Positions 52,055 through 64,000 of a stretch of 64,000 bases of DNA are shown here, piece by piece (the stretch's first letter is position 1; every line of letters starts with the position of its first letter). Source of the DNA: Octopus vulgaris (Eukaryota); NCBI GenBank assembly GCA_951406725.2, contig OX597827.1, forward strand, positions 47,616,001 to 47,680,000, read 5' to 3'. The translations under genes and the position numbers were made by a program. The notes under the pieces were generated by a model. It was not told the origin of the DNA. It did not search any database and saw nothing but the letters and a program-made list of their open reading frames with translations.

Positions 52055-53659
52055 GAATGGTGCTTATAATAATGCAGAAAAAGTAGGAAGAAACGTTATA
52101 TTGGGGGTATAGAAAGAAGTGTGGAGCGAAATCGATAAGCTGTACAAAGAAAGCAAAAAAAGTGTATGAATGACGATATACAGTTTATAATTAATGGTTT
52201 AAAAAAAATCATAATATCGTACGAATTTTTGAATTTTTGAATATCTAATGAATTTATATCTTATTAATGAAAACAAGTATCTTAGGAGACTAATGAAGAA
52301 AATTATAGTAAAGCGATTGGAAACGATATCTTTATTAAAAATTAGACAAAAGTTATCTTTATCAAAAATTTAACCTCTCCTTGCGTTGAATGTTCGACGT
52401 TCCTGATTACGTTTTTACTAAATTTCCTACTACCATCTAGTATTAGTCATGAGTTCATCTTGAAAAAAAAATCCATGAAGGCTTATTTCGTTATAAGAAC
52501 TAATTGCTCATCCATGTCTTTTGGATCGTTAGAACTTAACACTTTATAAAATCCGAAGTTTGTACTTGTATTCTCTCCTTTTTTATGCTGCTTAAACTAT
52601 GACCCCATTCTATATCGAACTCTTCTTCGTCTGAATATCCTTTGTGTAAACTGTATAAAAGCCACAGTAAGGTTTTGGTATAATCGAGACCGTTTTTGAA
52701 TTGCATTTCGTTCATATAATGGACGTGTTTCATCTCATAGGAAAACTCTCTATTTATCCATCTCTTGCATTTTGCATTTTTATTAATTTATATTTTACTT
52801 TTATTTTTTATTATGTTTTTGTTGCTCATTTTAGGAGTCTCCTTGGCCCCATTAATTTGCATCAAGTTTCTGACCTCATTGGAGCATAATCGTTTTCCCC
52901 GGAAAGGAACTTAAAGGAACATTAGTTTAACAATAGTCTTTTTGTTTGAGCTTTTCAGAGAAATGCTCCTTGTCTCTCCGGTTATAGTTTCTCTCAGCTC
53001 TTTTTTTTTTGCTCGTGTTGATGGTGGTGGGATCATGGCCTGTTGCTCATACAGAGGACTGAGCAATTTCCCTTTCCTGTGAGAACAGAATAGAATACAG
53101 TATTCTCTGTTGCCCTTATATCCACTCCATCAAACTATAGGTTTGAAAATTCAATGATCTTACATAGTTCTTTTCTTTGGGTCTATATTCTCTTTTACTC
53201 TAGGCACAAGACACGGAATTTTGCGGGGAAGGGGGGGGAGGCAGACGATTATATCGACCCCAGTACGCAACTGGTACTTAATTTATCGACCCCGAAAGGA
53301 TAAAAGGCAAAGTCGACCTCAGCGGAATTTGAACTCAGAACGTAGAGCAAATCACTTACCCACCGGATGTCAACGTGATGGTAAGGATCAGTGGAAAACA
53401 AACACTTACATGAACTATTGAGAAATGTAATACTTATCTACTCACATTACATATTAGATTGATATAAGTAATTATATGGGTTTGGATATGTAACAAACTG
53501 CGTCAGTAACAATTTTGATAAATTAAGTTTATAGAAACCAATAAAGAGAAAATCAATTACATTTTAGAGATAGAAGCTATAATCGAATTGTCGAAGTATG
53601 TGAAATCTTCCTGAAGCTTAGTACTTAAGTATATAAGCGCACGTTTATAGCTGTAGTGT

Positions 53660-54006
53660 AGGCGCAATGTCCCAGTGGTTAGAGCAGCGAACTCACGGTC
53701 GTAGGATCACGGTTTCGATTCCCAAGCAAGGCGTTGTGAGTGATTATTGAGTGAAAACACCTAAATCTTCACGAGGCTGCGGCACGGGCTGGTGGCGAAC
53801 TCTGCTCTACTCTTTCACCACAATTTTTTTCTCACTCTTTCTTCCTGTTTCTGTTCAACCTGTATTTCGAAGGGCCAGCCTTGTCACGCGTTAAGGTTGC
53901 ACGTGTCTGTGGAGTACTCAACCACTTGCACGTTAATTTCACGGACAGTCTGTTCCGTTGATCGGATCAAATAGAACCCTCGTTGTCGTTGCCGACGGCG
54001 TGCCAC
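53660..54006 (+). mobile_element. SINE family B, long tail
   Basis: Homologous to 41154-41540. Confidence 0.8.
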
Positions 54007-54544
54007 GTAAATTATAGCTGCAACTATCTGCGCGAGAATACACACATAAAGCAAACCATACAAATCTGCATATAGTGCATAATCTGACTTTAAATATTGA
54101 GCAGATGTACGAGAACATACGCAGATACGTTGTTGATGTTGATTAAAAATTCCATTGAGGGAATCTTGAATCTGTTAGAAACCGGTACTTTTTTCTATTT
54201 GCAAGACATCCAAAAATAAAACTGAATAGTAACATGCACAAGTGCATACGTACATAGATACACACATACACACACATACATTCATGCAAGCATACATATG
54301 TACATGTGCGTGTTTAAGTTTGTTTTAGTGACTCAGCGCTGCCTTGCATTCATGTGACATAAATGTCAATATTTTTATATAGCTACACATGTACATTGGT
54401 CTGTTGTGTGCTAGTATGTAAATGGATATAAATGTGGCCTTAGATAATTAAAATCGCATATGAAAGAAGAAATATATGCATATATGGTTGTTTGAATATA
54501 TGTATGCACGTACAAATACATATATTTATGCTCTACCATATACG

Positions 54545-54596
<52 letters not shown>

Positions 54597-54613
54597 ACAT
54601 ACATATATCTATA

Positions 54614-54654
<41 letters not shown>

Positions 54655-54787
54655 ATAAATATACATATCTATATATGTATATATGAATATATATATTCGT
54701 ATATATACATGCATATGCATATATATACGTGTATATATGTATATATGTATATATATATATATACATATATATATGTATATATATATG

Positions 54788-54905
<118 letters not shown>

Positions 54906-55494
54906 GGAGAATGTCAGGAAGAAAGTTATACAAATTGCTGCCTGTCAATTATGCGAAGTTACATGATAATATGTAGAAGTTTCACTGAAAGAAACTCCTG
55001 ACTGAGGTATTACGAATTATCGATATACTTGTAATACGAAATTTGACAGAAGTGTCAATATAACGAAGACCTACCTTGATAGAGAAAAAAAAAAACAAAC
55101 AAAACCATACGTTTGGAAAGAAAGTAACGGAAAGGAATTAAATTCAACAATGCAAAAACAGAGCACTATTCACAGAAACGTTTATGCATGGTGGGGTGTA
55201 TTCGTAGGGACATCTAAGGAATGGCGAAAACGTTAGGTAAAAGTAATCTTTCTGGAGTTGAAATTTACGGATATTTTATTTGTGTTCTTTCAAAGTGAAT
55301 CATTATTAATATTCATCCATCCCCCCATCTTCTTCGCCCATTATTCCTGGGAAGTTTATGGAGGTACCCTCTCTATAGGCCTATTAGGAGTAACCGCTGT
55401 TACAATTTGCGGCTATATTCGCAAGCATGACCAACTGATACTACGGATATTATCCACCTGAGGCTATGAATGTTATCCAGCTGTCTCATTCTTA

Positions 55495-56006
55495 TTTCTT
55501 TATTGCCCACATGGGGCTCAGCCACATGCACGTTAATTTCACGAGCAGGCTGTTCCGTTGATCGGATCGACTGGGACCCTCGTCGTCATGAGCAACGGAG
55601 TGCCAACACACACACATTGGTGACAAGGGGCTAAACACAGACGGGACAAACAAAGACAGACAAAGGGATTAAGTCGATTACATCGATCCCAGTGCGTAAC
55701 TGGTACTTAATTTATCGACCCCGAAAGGATGAAAGGCAAAGTCGACCTCGGCGGAATTTGAATTCAGAACGTAACAGCAGACGAAATACATATTTCTTTA
55801 TTACCCACAAGGGGCTAAACATAGAGGGGACAAACAAGGACAGGCATAGGTATTTAGTCGATTATATCTGGTACTTAATTTATCGACCCCAAAAGGATGA
55901 AAGGCAAAGTCGACGTCGGCGGAATTTGCACTCAGAACATAACGGCAGACGAAATACCGCTAAGCATTTCGCCCGGCGTGCTAAAGTTTCTGCCAGCTCA
56001 CCGCCT
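55495..56006 (-). mobile_element. SINE family C dimer with a family B tail fragment nested at ~55519-55607
   Basis: Two C units. The insert is flanked by ACATGGGGCT/ACAAGGGGCT. Confidence 0.78.
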
Positions 56007-57545
56007 TAAAACTCTCATTCTTTGTATAGGTCTGAAGCCGGTTGGTTCGGCTTGAAGAAACCGTCTTGCAATTCTATCCTCCGATATTTTAATTACTTGG
56101 GCGTAGGACTGGAGCGTTGACCCCTAAATGCGGAGAAGTAGTGGTTCGACCGGGAGAGACTCCGTATATGTCTGAGCTATGCAAAACATCGATTAACGTT
56201 ATTCCAGAGATACTTCGAGAAACCCTATTTCGTTATCATAACTATTGGAACAAAGATAATCACTGATATTTGTTTCTGTTTCAGATAAGATAAGGAAAAG
56301 TTGTTTGTCATCTTAATTTGTATTCATATTTTTTCAAAATGTAAGTCGAAGTTGGATTCGGCTGGATTTGAACGCAGAACCTAAAGAGCCGGGAGAAATA
56401 CCGCACGTCACATTTTCCTACGCATTAGAGATTCGATGAACGCTGAAGCATATCAAAAGACAGAATGTAGGGTAAGGGATTGAAAGAGAACTGATAAACC
56501 GTAATTTTGACATATACGAGCTGATCACTCAAAAGATAAACTTTCAACGAGGTTTGATTTTGTTTGATTAAGTATGGCCTGGTTAAGAAGTTGCGTGCAA
56601 TGCTTTCGCAGTCTCTCTCAGGTCAATGAAACAGAGGCAATATATTGCTGTTCTTGAATAAAACACAGTACAAAATTCTGGCAAGGCAGAAAATAGCAAA
56701 GTCTTGACATCCGTTTTTGTAGAGGACCATAGAATAAGTATGGCGGACGAGAGGATGAGCGGCAAGCAAAACCACGCTAGTAGCAGGAGATAAGTTAGAA
56801 AGAAGAGACAGCACAGTTTTGTGCCTGTAGCAAGCGATGTCTTCCCGAAATATGTAACTTTAAAGATCTGTCATCTCTAACAAATGAGTAGACTCCTTCT
56901 GATCTCTTTCAAGGGATTTTTCACACATTAACAAAGAGTTATACCCTTAGTCGAGATGACATTTTAATGTCGTCTGTGTATGAAATGCTTTTGCATTAAC
57001 TCCCAAACTAGGATTCAACACAACTTACTGAATATGAAGAACATATTCATTATGAATATGAACAAACATATTAATTATGAATATGAAGAAACATATTAAT
57101 TATATTCTAACAAGCCAGTAAAAGTAATGCCAACCGATTGTGACAATAAATAAGTTGCATTTGTATCTTATGAAGTGTCCCTTATTAAAGGAAAGTATAG
57201 AAAACTATACTTAAGGGCAGAAGAACAAATTCTCCCTGCTGTCAAAGCAATTGACTCTAGAATTCATGGAGACAAACTAGCAAAGATTTGGTATATGTAA
57301 AGCGACGAGTAAGAGGAATGCCTGATAATGTAAAAAAATCAATACCGATGAACACATATCTACATATGTATCTATAGGCACACACTTATATAGAAATATG
57401 ATATATGTATATGAATATCTATGCATGCATACATGTACGTATGTCTATAATGAATTAGTATATGGGAAGTGACGTAAAGTAGACATGTCTGATAGTGTTA
57501 AACCCAGTGCATATCTACACGGACATACACACACGTGTGTAGGTA

Positions 57546-57599
<54 letters not shown>

Positions 57600-57703
57600 G
57601 ACATACATACACACACCTCATATTCATCACTTCGCATATCCTGATTCCTTATACAGACATGCATACAAGCATGCATGCATACTTGTGCATATACCTATGT
57701 ATG

Positions 57704-57768
<65 letters not shown>

Positions 57769-58499
57769 GTGTGTCTGTGTGTCTGTATGTTTATCATGTT
57801 TATCATAAAAGTACAATCTACGTAAGTTGACAATAACTTTGGAATTCGGCCAGAATTCTGGCGTTGTAGGAATATAAATGATAAGAAATATATATTGTAT
57901 CGGAAGTTCCACCCATAATTCTTTATTTCTTTAATAACTATCTTCAAAGCATTTCTTCTTTTCAACTTTTCCAACTCACTTCTCTAATTCTTTGTCTGAA
58001 GTAATATCGTATTTTTATGTCGCACAATGCAATTGAATATTAAGAGACTAAAAAAAAAAATAGACTGCTCGTAACTATGACAATAATGTATACCACCCAT
58101 GGCTAAACGTCTCTTAGAAAATACATAACACAATTATTTACTTGTCGTTTCGTTTCAAAATAGGCTTCAGAAACGCCGTAAAAAAATAAGGAAATAAAGA
58201 ATACACCTGTATTAATCATGTCTGTCAACTATAAAGAGTTTCTCTTTCATTCTTTCGCTGTCCTTCTCCTCCTCCCTTCCTCTCTGTCTATCACTCTGCC
58301 TTTCTGTCTCTCTCTCACATTATCTCTGTATATCATATCCAAATGTTACCAACGTTGTTTCAATTTCTTTGCCATTGTATTGAATTAGCAACTGTCCATC
58401 CGTTTTCACTTGACATAAAAGTGGAGAACGTTTAGTATTGCGTAAAAATGAGCGATAATCTGTAATAAAACTACATTCGGCCAGGTTGAGGTATATATC

Positions 58500-59081
58500 G
58501 TTTTCTACACTAGGCACAAGGCCCAAAATTTTGGGGGAAGGGGTCAGTCGATTAGATCGACCCCAGTACGCAAACGGTACTTAATCTATCGAGCACTAGT
58601 TGATGAAATGCAAATTCGACCTCGACGGAATTTGAACTCATAACGTAAAGACAGACGAAATACCTATTTCTTTACTACACACAAGGGGCTAAACACAGAG
58701 GGCACAAACAAGGACAGACAAACGGACATAGTCGATTATATTGACCGCAGTGCGTAAGTGGTACTTATTTAATCGATCCCGAAAGAATGAAAGGCAAAGT
58801 CGACCTCGGCGGAATTTGAACTCAGAACGTAAAGACAGACGAAATACCTATTTCTTTACTCCCCACAAAGGGCTAAAAACAGAGAGCACAAACAAGGACA
58901 GACAAACGGATTTAGTCGATTATATTGACCCCAGTGCGTAACTGGCACTTAATTTTATCGACCCCGAAAGGATGAAAGGCAAAGTCGACCTCGACGGAAT
59001 TTGAACTGAGAACGTAACGGCGGACTAAATACCGCTCAGCATTTCACCCGTCGTACTAACGTTTCTGCCAGCTCGCCGCCT
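58500..59081 (-). mobile_element. SINE family C tandem trimer, period 184-185 bp
   Basis: The TACC of the unit-ending AAATACC motif recurs at 58661, 58845 and 59030. Only the last unit retains the full head. Confidence 0.88.
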
Positions 59082-59713
59082 TGGCGACTAGGCTGGGGTA
59101 TATATCACCTTATTAAATATCTTACTCTGTTAAATTCTAGATGAAGCTGCACCTAAGATTTCACCTGATCATTAGTTGTAGTTCGATTGGGAACCTTCCA
59201 GATTAAAACAGGTAACAGCAACAAAATCAATGATAGTAAGAATAACACAACCAAAAGAACAGAAGTTATGCTATCAAGTGGGCTCATAGGAGTGGGCTCA
59301 TAAGTGTCCCCTGTGGTTGAAAGTTTGAATCCACTTTGTGGCACATTCAGCCGGTGATTCGTAGCATGACTAGAGATTTGTCAGGTGAGTGTAATTGACA
59401 GAAATACTATTTAGAGGACTGCCAGGTATCTTTTTGTCTGCATGTATGTATGTATGTATGTATGTATGTATATATGTATGTATGTATGTATGCGTGAATG
59501 CATGTATACATGTATGAATGTATATATGTTCAGTTTTATTTCAAGATGCCTTGCCACTAGAGGAGCTGATTTCTAACCTAGATCCAAAGGTACTTCATTG
59601 GAATTTCAACAACATCAATAAGGTATTTTCTTATGTATGTGCAGATTTATGGAGATTTAGTTTATGTACGTATTGTAAACAAATCAATGTTCAATTCATA
59701 AGTTCAAAAAAGA

Positions 59714-60146
59714 GGATCTTTTCGGTTTGAACGGCAGTTTTTTAACATAATTTCTAGCTAACTAAAAAATTTTAAACTTCGTACACTGGTAGAATGTGTT
59801 TATAAAACATCTTTTTCTCTTGGCTTTATTGAGAAAATTCTATAGTTTGTGAGATATTTGTTGTTTTTTTCTTCAATTTCTGCAATTTCAACCAATCACT
59901 GACGTCTACTGAGGTAAATAACATTCCGTGCCGTATGAATATGTCCCGCGTTTAAGAAACGGATTGGGTTTATTTACATTTGTAAAGAAAAAAAGATACC
60001 CTTCCCCCCACCTCTAACCCTAACCCTCACCCTAACTAACCCTAACCCTAACCCTAAAACAGATAGATCGATACTAGGGTCATAATTATGGATCACAATT
60101 TCATATGACACCGCTAGAAAAACTGCCGTTCAAACGGAAAAGATCC
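59714..60146. mobile_element. Non-autonomous DNA transposon with ~28 bp TIRs, containing telomere-like (CCCTAA)n
   Basis: GGATCTTTTCGGTTTGAACGGCAGTTTTT ... AAAAACTGCCGTTCAAACGGAAAAGATCC, with AAGA on both flanks. Confidence 0.85.
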
Positions 60147-60570
60147 AAGAAAGGTATTTGTAGTTTCGGTTTTGTTCTATAACTACAGCTAGAAAGAATC
60201 CGTTCCCCTGTTCTGCTCTTGTTTTCGTTCTGTTCCTCAGTTGTGTTGTTGACGTTGTGTTCAACCATGTTGTTTGTAGCAACTCGCTGCATAGTATATT
60301 CAAGTTTCAGTTGAAAATAACTACGATCATGAATTAAAATTCTCCGTGAGTTAATTCATCTCAAGATTAACTAGTTATTTAATTGGGCTGATAGTTGTAG
60401 CTTCAAAATTGGAGAGGGTATTAATAATATGTTCGATAAATAGACACCAACGTTATATACACGACTTGTCGCGTCGAGTGTTTGTGTTGTACATGTGTGT
60501 GCGTGTGTGTGTCTGTATGTGTGTGTTACGTCAGGTCGCTCTCGGGGGCTGCTGGTAACATGTAATCCGC

Positions 60571-60619
<49 letters not shown>

Positions 60620-62010
60620 ATGTATATACGTTTATATACATATGTATATATGTATATATACATATAAAACTGCTTGTTGTTCATGCACCTGTTTTGTCTT
60701 TTGTTTTCCTGTAAATTTCAACTGCACACACATACACAAATATATACACACACACAAACACACACACAGACACACACACAAACACCCGCATATATATGCG
60801 CTTGCGTGCGCGTTTGAACTTCCGTTATCTAGGCAAAAACATGAAAAATCGAAACGAATTCAGTGTCAGTTTAATACCTCACTTAACTATCTCCCCTAAC
60901 ATCAGCGTTCTCCTTCCGTTTTGAGTTGATATGATTGACTAAATCTCTTTAACTCGTTTCTTTAACTACGAAGCGGTTAAGGTACTGAAAGCAGCTAAAT
61001 GTTAGTGACCCTTGTAGAACGTATTATCGGAACAAAATAGCAAAATAAGATGTTGAATTAGTTGTGATATTATTAGACAAGTTAAAGCGTCAAGAAAATT
61101 CAAGACATTTATAAAGATCTGAATGAAATTTCAATAAGAAAATATAATACAACTACATCCAAGTTGACTTACGAGAAAAATTTGGCAAATAAATATAAAA
61201 GCAACAGCAAAGCAACCAAAATAGTAACAAGATAAATATAATTGGGCTGTTTGTGGAGAAGAGAAACAGGATAATTTAATGTTCTCTCAAGATTAGACTC
61301 CATTGAAAAAAAAAAGAGGAAAAAGTTGTTAGTGAAATATATTAATGTTAATTTCAATAAAACGTTATTGTGCTTCACCACGCAGCTTTACTAAAATCGA
61401 CATTGTTTTTCGCTTCAAAATTATTTTCAATTTTTTTCTCTTCTCTGCTCTTCATGGAGAATCACTACCCAGCACTTTGAATACCTCACCTATCGATTCT
61501 CTACAGCGTAATTACATTAACATTAGACTCTTCTTCGTTATTTAGCTGATTTTCATATTTTTTTTTATTTTGCTTTATTTTTCCATTCTATGTCTCTGCT
61601 TCCATAAATTTCTATTAATCTACTATTTTTACTAATTTATTAAAATTTTTGTGATGTCGTAGAATTGTTTTAACGCTTTCACCCGCCAAATAATATCACT
61701 AGAATATCCATAATTACTACTAACTCTTCTGTTAATCCACGTCTGAATCTTTATTATTCGCTTAATGATTTCAGTTGTTGGATTGTTGGTAGCTGATGCG
61801 GCTCCTTGAAGCATTTTAGTCTGTGCTCCTCAACCTACTCCTTTACATGCTACCTATCTAATTGTCCCCTGAAAATATTAAATACAGTCATGATCTTTGA
61901 ATAGATAATTCAGTCGTGTTTTGTATACATTCATTTATCTTTATTCTTTCTGTTGTCTTTTTCTCTCTCGTGACTTAGATATTCCATTTACATTCAGACA
62001 GCCGAGATAA

Positions 62011-62053
<43 letters not shown>

Positions 62054-62158
62054 TAACAATTGAGGATAAAATCTTTAAAAGAAATTATCAGTAGTCAGCG
62101 TGAAAAACCTCGTAAGAGAAAAAATCCGTAAATTCTTCCTCTTTGAAAATATTCATTT

Positions 62159-62455
62159 ATATTATATTGAGGGTACTACTATTCGTAGATACTACATGCT
62201 ACGACGAATTCTACGGTTGGCTATCGAGTTTGTAATGTTATGTTTTTTCTTATATTTCTTGAGTTTGTTGCACTGACGAACATGAAATGCATATTCTGCA
62301 TTAAATGCGAAATCACATGTGATATTTAACTGAATTCTTTTTTAAAATTATGTGTTTTGAAGTTTTGCATTCGGTAAAATTTTGTTTATTTTTAGTAGTT
62401 TTGACCGCATTGGTCCCTCTTAGCGTGTTGGTATCTACGAATAGTAGTACCCTCA

Positions 62456-62464
<9 letters not shown>
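62159..62464 (+). mobile_element. ~305 bp element with 34+ bp inverted ends and an internal hammerhead
   Basis: ATATTATATTGAGGGTACTACTATTCGTAGATAC is mirrored at 62431-62464; followed by (TA)n. Confidence 0.8.
62267..62330 (+). ncRNA. Type I hammerhead ribozyme motif
   Basis: GTTGCA-CTGACGA-A-CAT..AATGCA-TATTC-TGCATT..ATG-C-GAAA-TCACATGTGA-TA-TTTAAC. Palindromic stem III, AUA triplet, imperfect stem I. Confidence 0.7.
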
Positions 62465-62500
<36 letters not shown>

Positions 62501-63742
62501 CCATAATAAAACAATCACTACAAACTATATTGTTGTTTCATTTCTGATTTTTGTATGATTGATTTTGCTTTTGAAAGTTTCATTCTTATTTATTTGGTAC
62601 TGTTGTTGCTGCTGAGTGTGTGTGCGTGTATATGTGTGTGTATGCTTGTGTGTTTTATAATTATTTTTATAGCTAAGTAAGGCGGTATTCTGTGAGAAAC
62701 AGAAGAGTGTTAAGCAGAATAGATAGCTGAAATGTTACATTCTAGAATATTAGGTTTTGAGTTTAAACCTACATAAGTCATCTTTAACTTTCGTTCTTCC
62801 GGAATCGATAAAATTATGTGCCAATCTAAGGCTCTTTATTCAAAGGATTATCAGAGTATTGATCAAAACGCTTTGCTGTAATTATTCACAACACCTGTAC
62901 CGACGCTGGTGTATAGATATACCGGCCCACGACTTTCCTCTGGGTATCACGGGTAAGTTACAAAGGGGAAATCTTTTACAATTACAAATACTGGCTTTCC
63001 GTTAAATGAAACAGACAATGTTAACCAAACATGCGCCCTGGAATAACTTTCCAGACTCAAATTCAGGTTACACATACTACTCTAGCCGATCTGTAAAGAA
63101 TATCTGTGCTCCAGCATGGTTGCAGCTCTTGAATGGAAACTGGTTAAAGAGGTAAAGAGGATTTAATTTTGTATTAGTTATTGACATTGTTATACAGTTG
63201 ATTTTGTTTCTTACATACACACATACACAAATTTCGGCAGGGTCGTCGTTGTATCAATAAGAAAGATAAACATTGGTTCCAATTCACTTCTTTTATTAAA
63301 ATTAATTAACTAATTAACTATTTCACCAATCAGCCGCCAGTCGATTGTTTCATTAATTTCCACGTCATCTAATCAGCTACAGCTGTCAAAGGTCTTTCGT
63401 CTACCAATAATTGATTAATTGACCGAATGATTAATCAAATTGGATATTATAAAATTGGGTAATCAGTAAACTAGTTGACTAATTTAAAGAAGTGAAATAA
63501 AATCACTTTATGTGTTAATTATTGGCACAGTGACCCTCCCGAGATACAACAAAATATATGTAGAGGCAAGCAATGAAAATCTTGATACTGCATTTATGAA
63601 TTAGTTTTGTAAGATTCCTGGTGTGAAATCGTCTGTTGAAACAGATATTGTTATTAACCAAAAACAATAGATAGTAATAATGTGTTTTGAATGGCACAAC
63701 AATGTACTATAATTACTGGTATATTTTAATCATCCATAGTCT

Positions 63743-63784
63743 GATATAATATTTCGGAATATAAAAATTCCTTCTTCAGATATC
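63743..63784 (-). ncRNA. Minimal hammerhead-like motif
   Basis: Minus strand: GATAT-CTGAAGA-A-GGAAT-TTTTAT-ATTCC-GAAA-TA-TT-ATATC. Stems I and II are perfect; stem III is the palindrome AATATT. Confidence 0.65.
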
Positions 63785-64000
63785 CTTAGGGATTTATCGA
63801 GTCATTGCTAAAATCGATTTTCCAACGGCCTTTGTTCTATTTTTTCCTTTTCTTCCTTCTTCCTTTCTTCCCTTTTTTTCTTTCCATGGAAGAGTCTCTG
63901 CACCGGTCTCACGAAGCTCCTTCCGGAATTCCTCATGAGAAGTGCATGAGGGTGGCTATGTCTCAGGCTCGCGTGTGCTGGGACATCCGTTGCACTGCTT

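Noticed and set aside
58500-59081. CRISPR-like array
   Set aside because: Whole 184 bp units repeat with no unique spacers, there are no cas genes, and the context is eukaryotic.
60011-60057. True telomere or chromosome fusion site
   Set aside because: The tract is short, degenerate, single-orientation and enclosed within a TIR element.

Overview
AT-rich, microsatellite-dense eukaryotic non-genic DNA. The SINE families resemble those I recall from octopus genomes (inference, not searched). I can support no host gene exon, and almost all short ORFs in the track are microsatellite artefacts. The dominant feature is a near-intact ~4.9 kb CR1-group LINE (~12136-17050) inserted into the middle of an older SINE. 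Its ORF1 encodes a PHD finger and three CCCH fingers and carries a single extra A. Its ORF2 encodes APE endonuclease plus reverse transcriptase. ORF2 has no usable AUG and overlaps ORF1 by 226 nt in the -1 frame, and the overlap begins at an in-phase U UUU UUA slippery heptamer, which suggests retrovirus-style -1 frameshifting in a non-LTR element. Second, the window holds several minimal type I hammerhead ribozyme motifs in short non-coding elements, usually next to (TA)n and often in inverted pairs, consistent with Penelope-like/retrozyme families. Also present: a full-length decayed mariner, a deleted mariner, MITE-like elements, RTE and RLE-type LINE remnants, and three tRNA-like SINE families, one of which forms fixed-junction tandem multimers.
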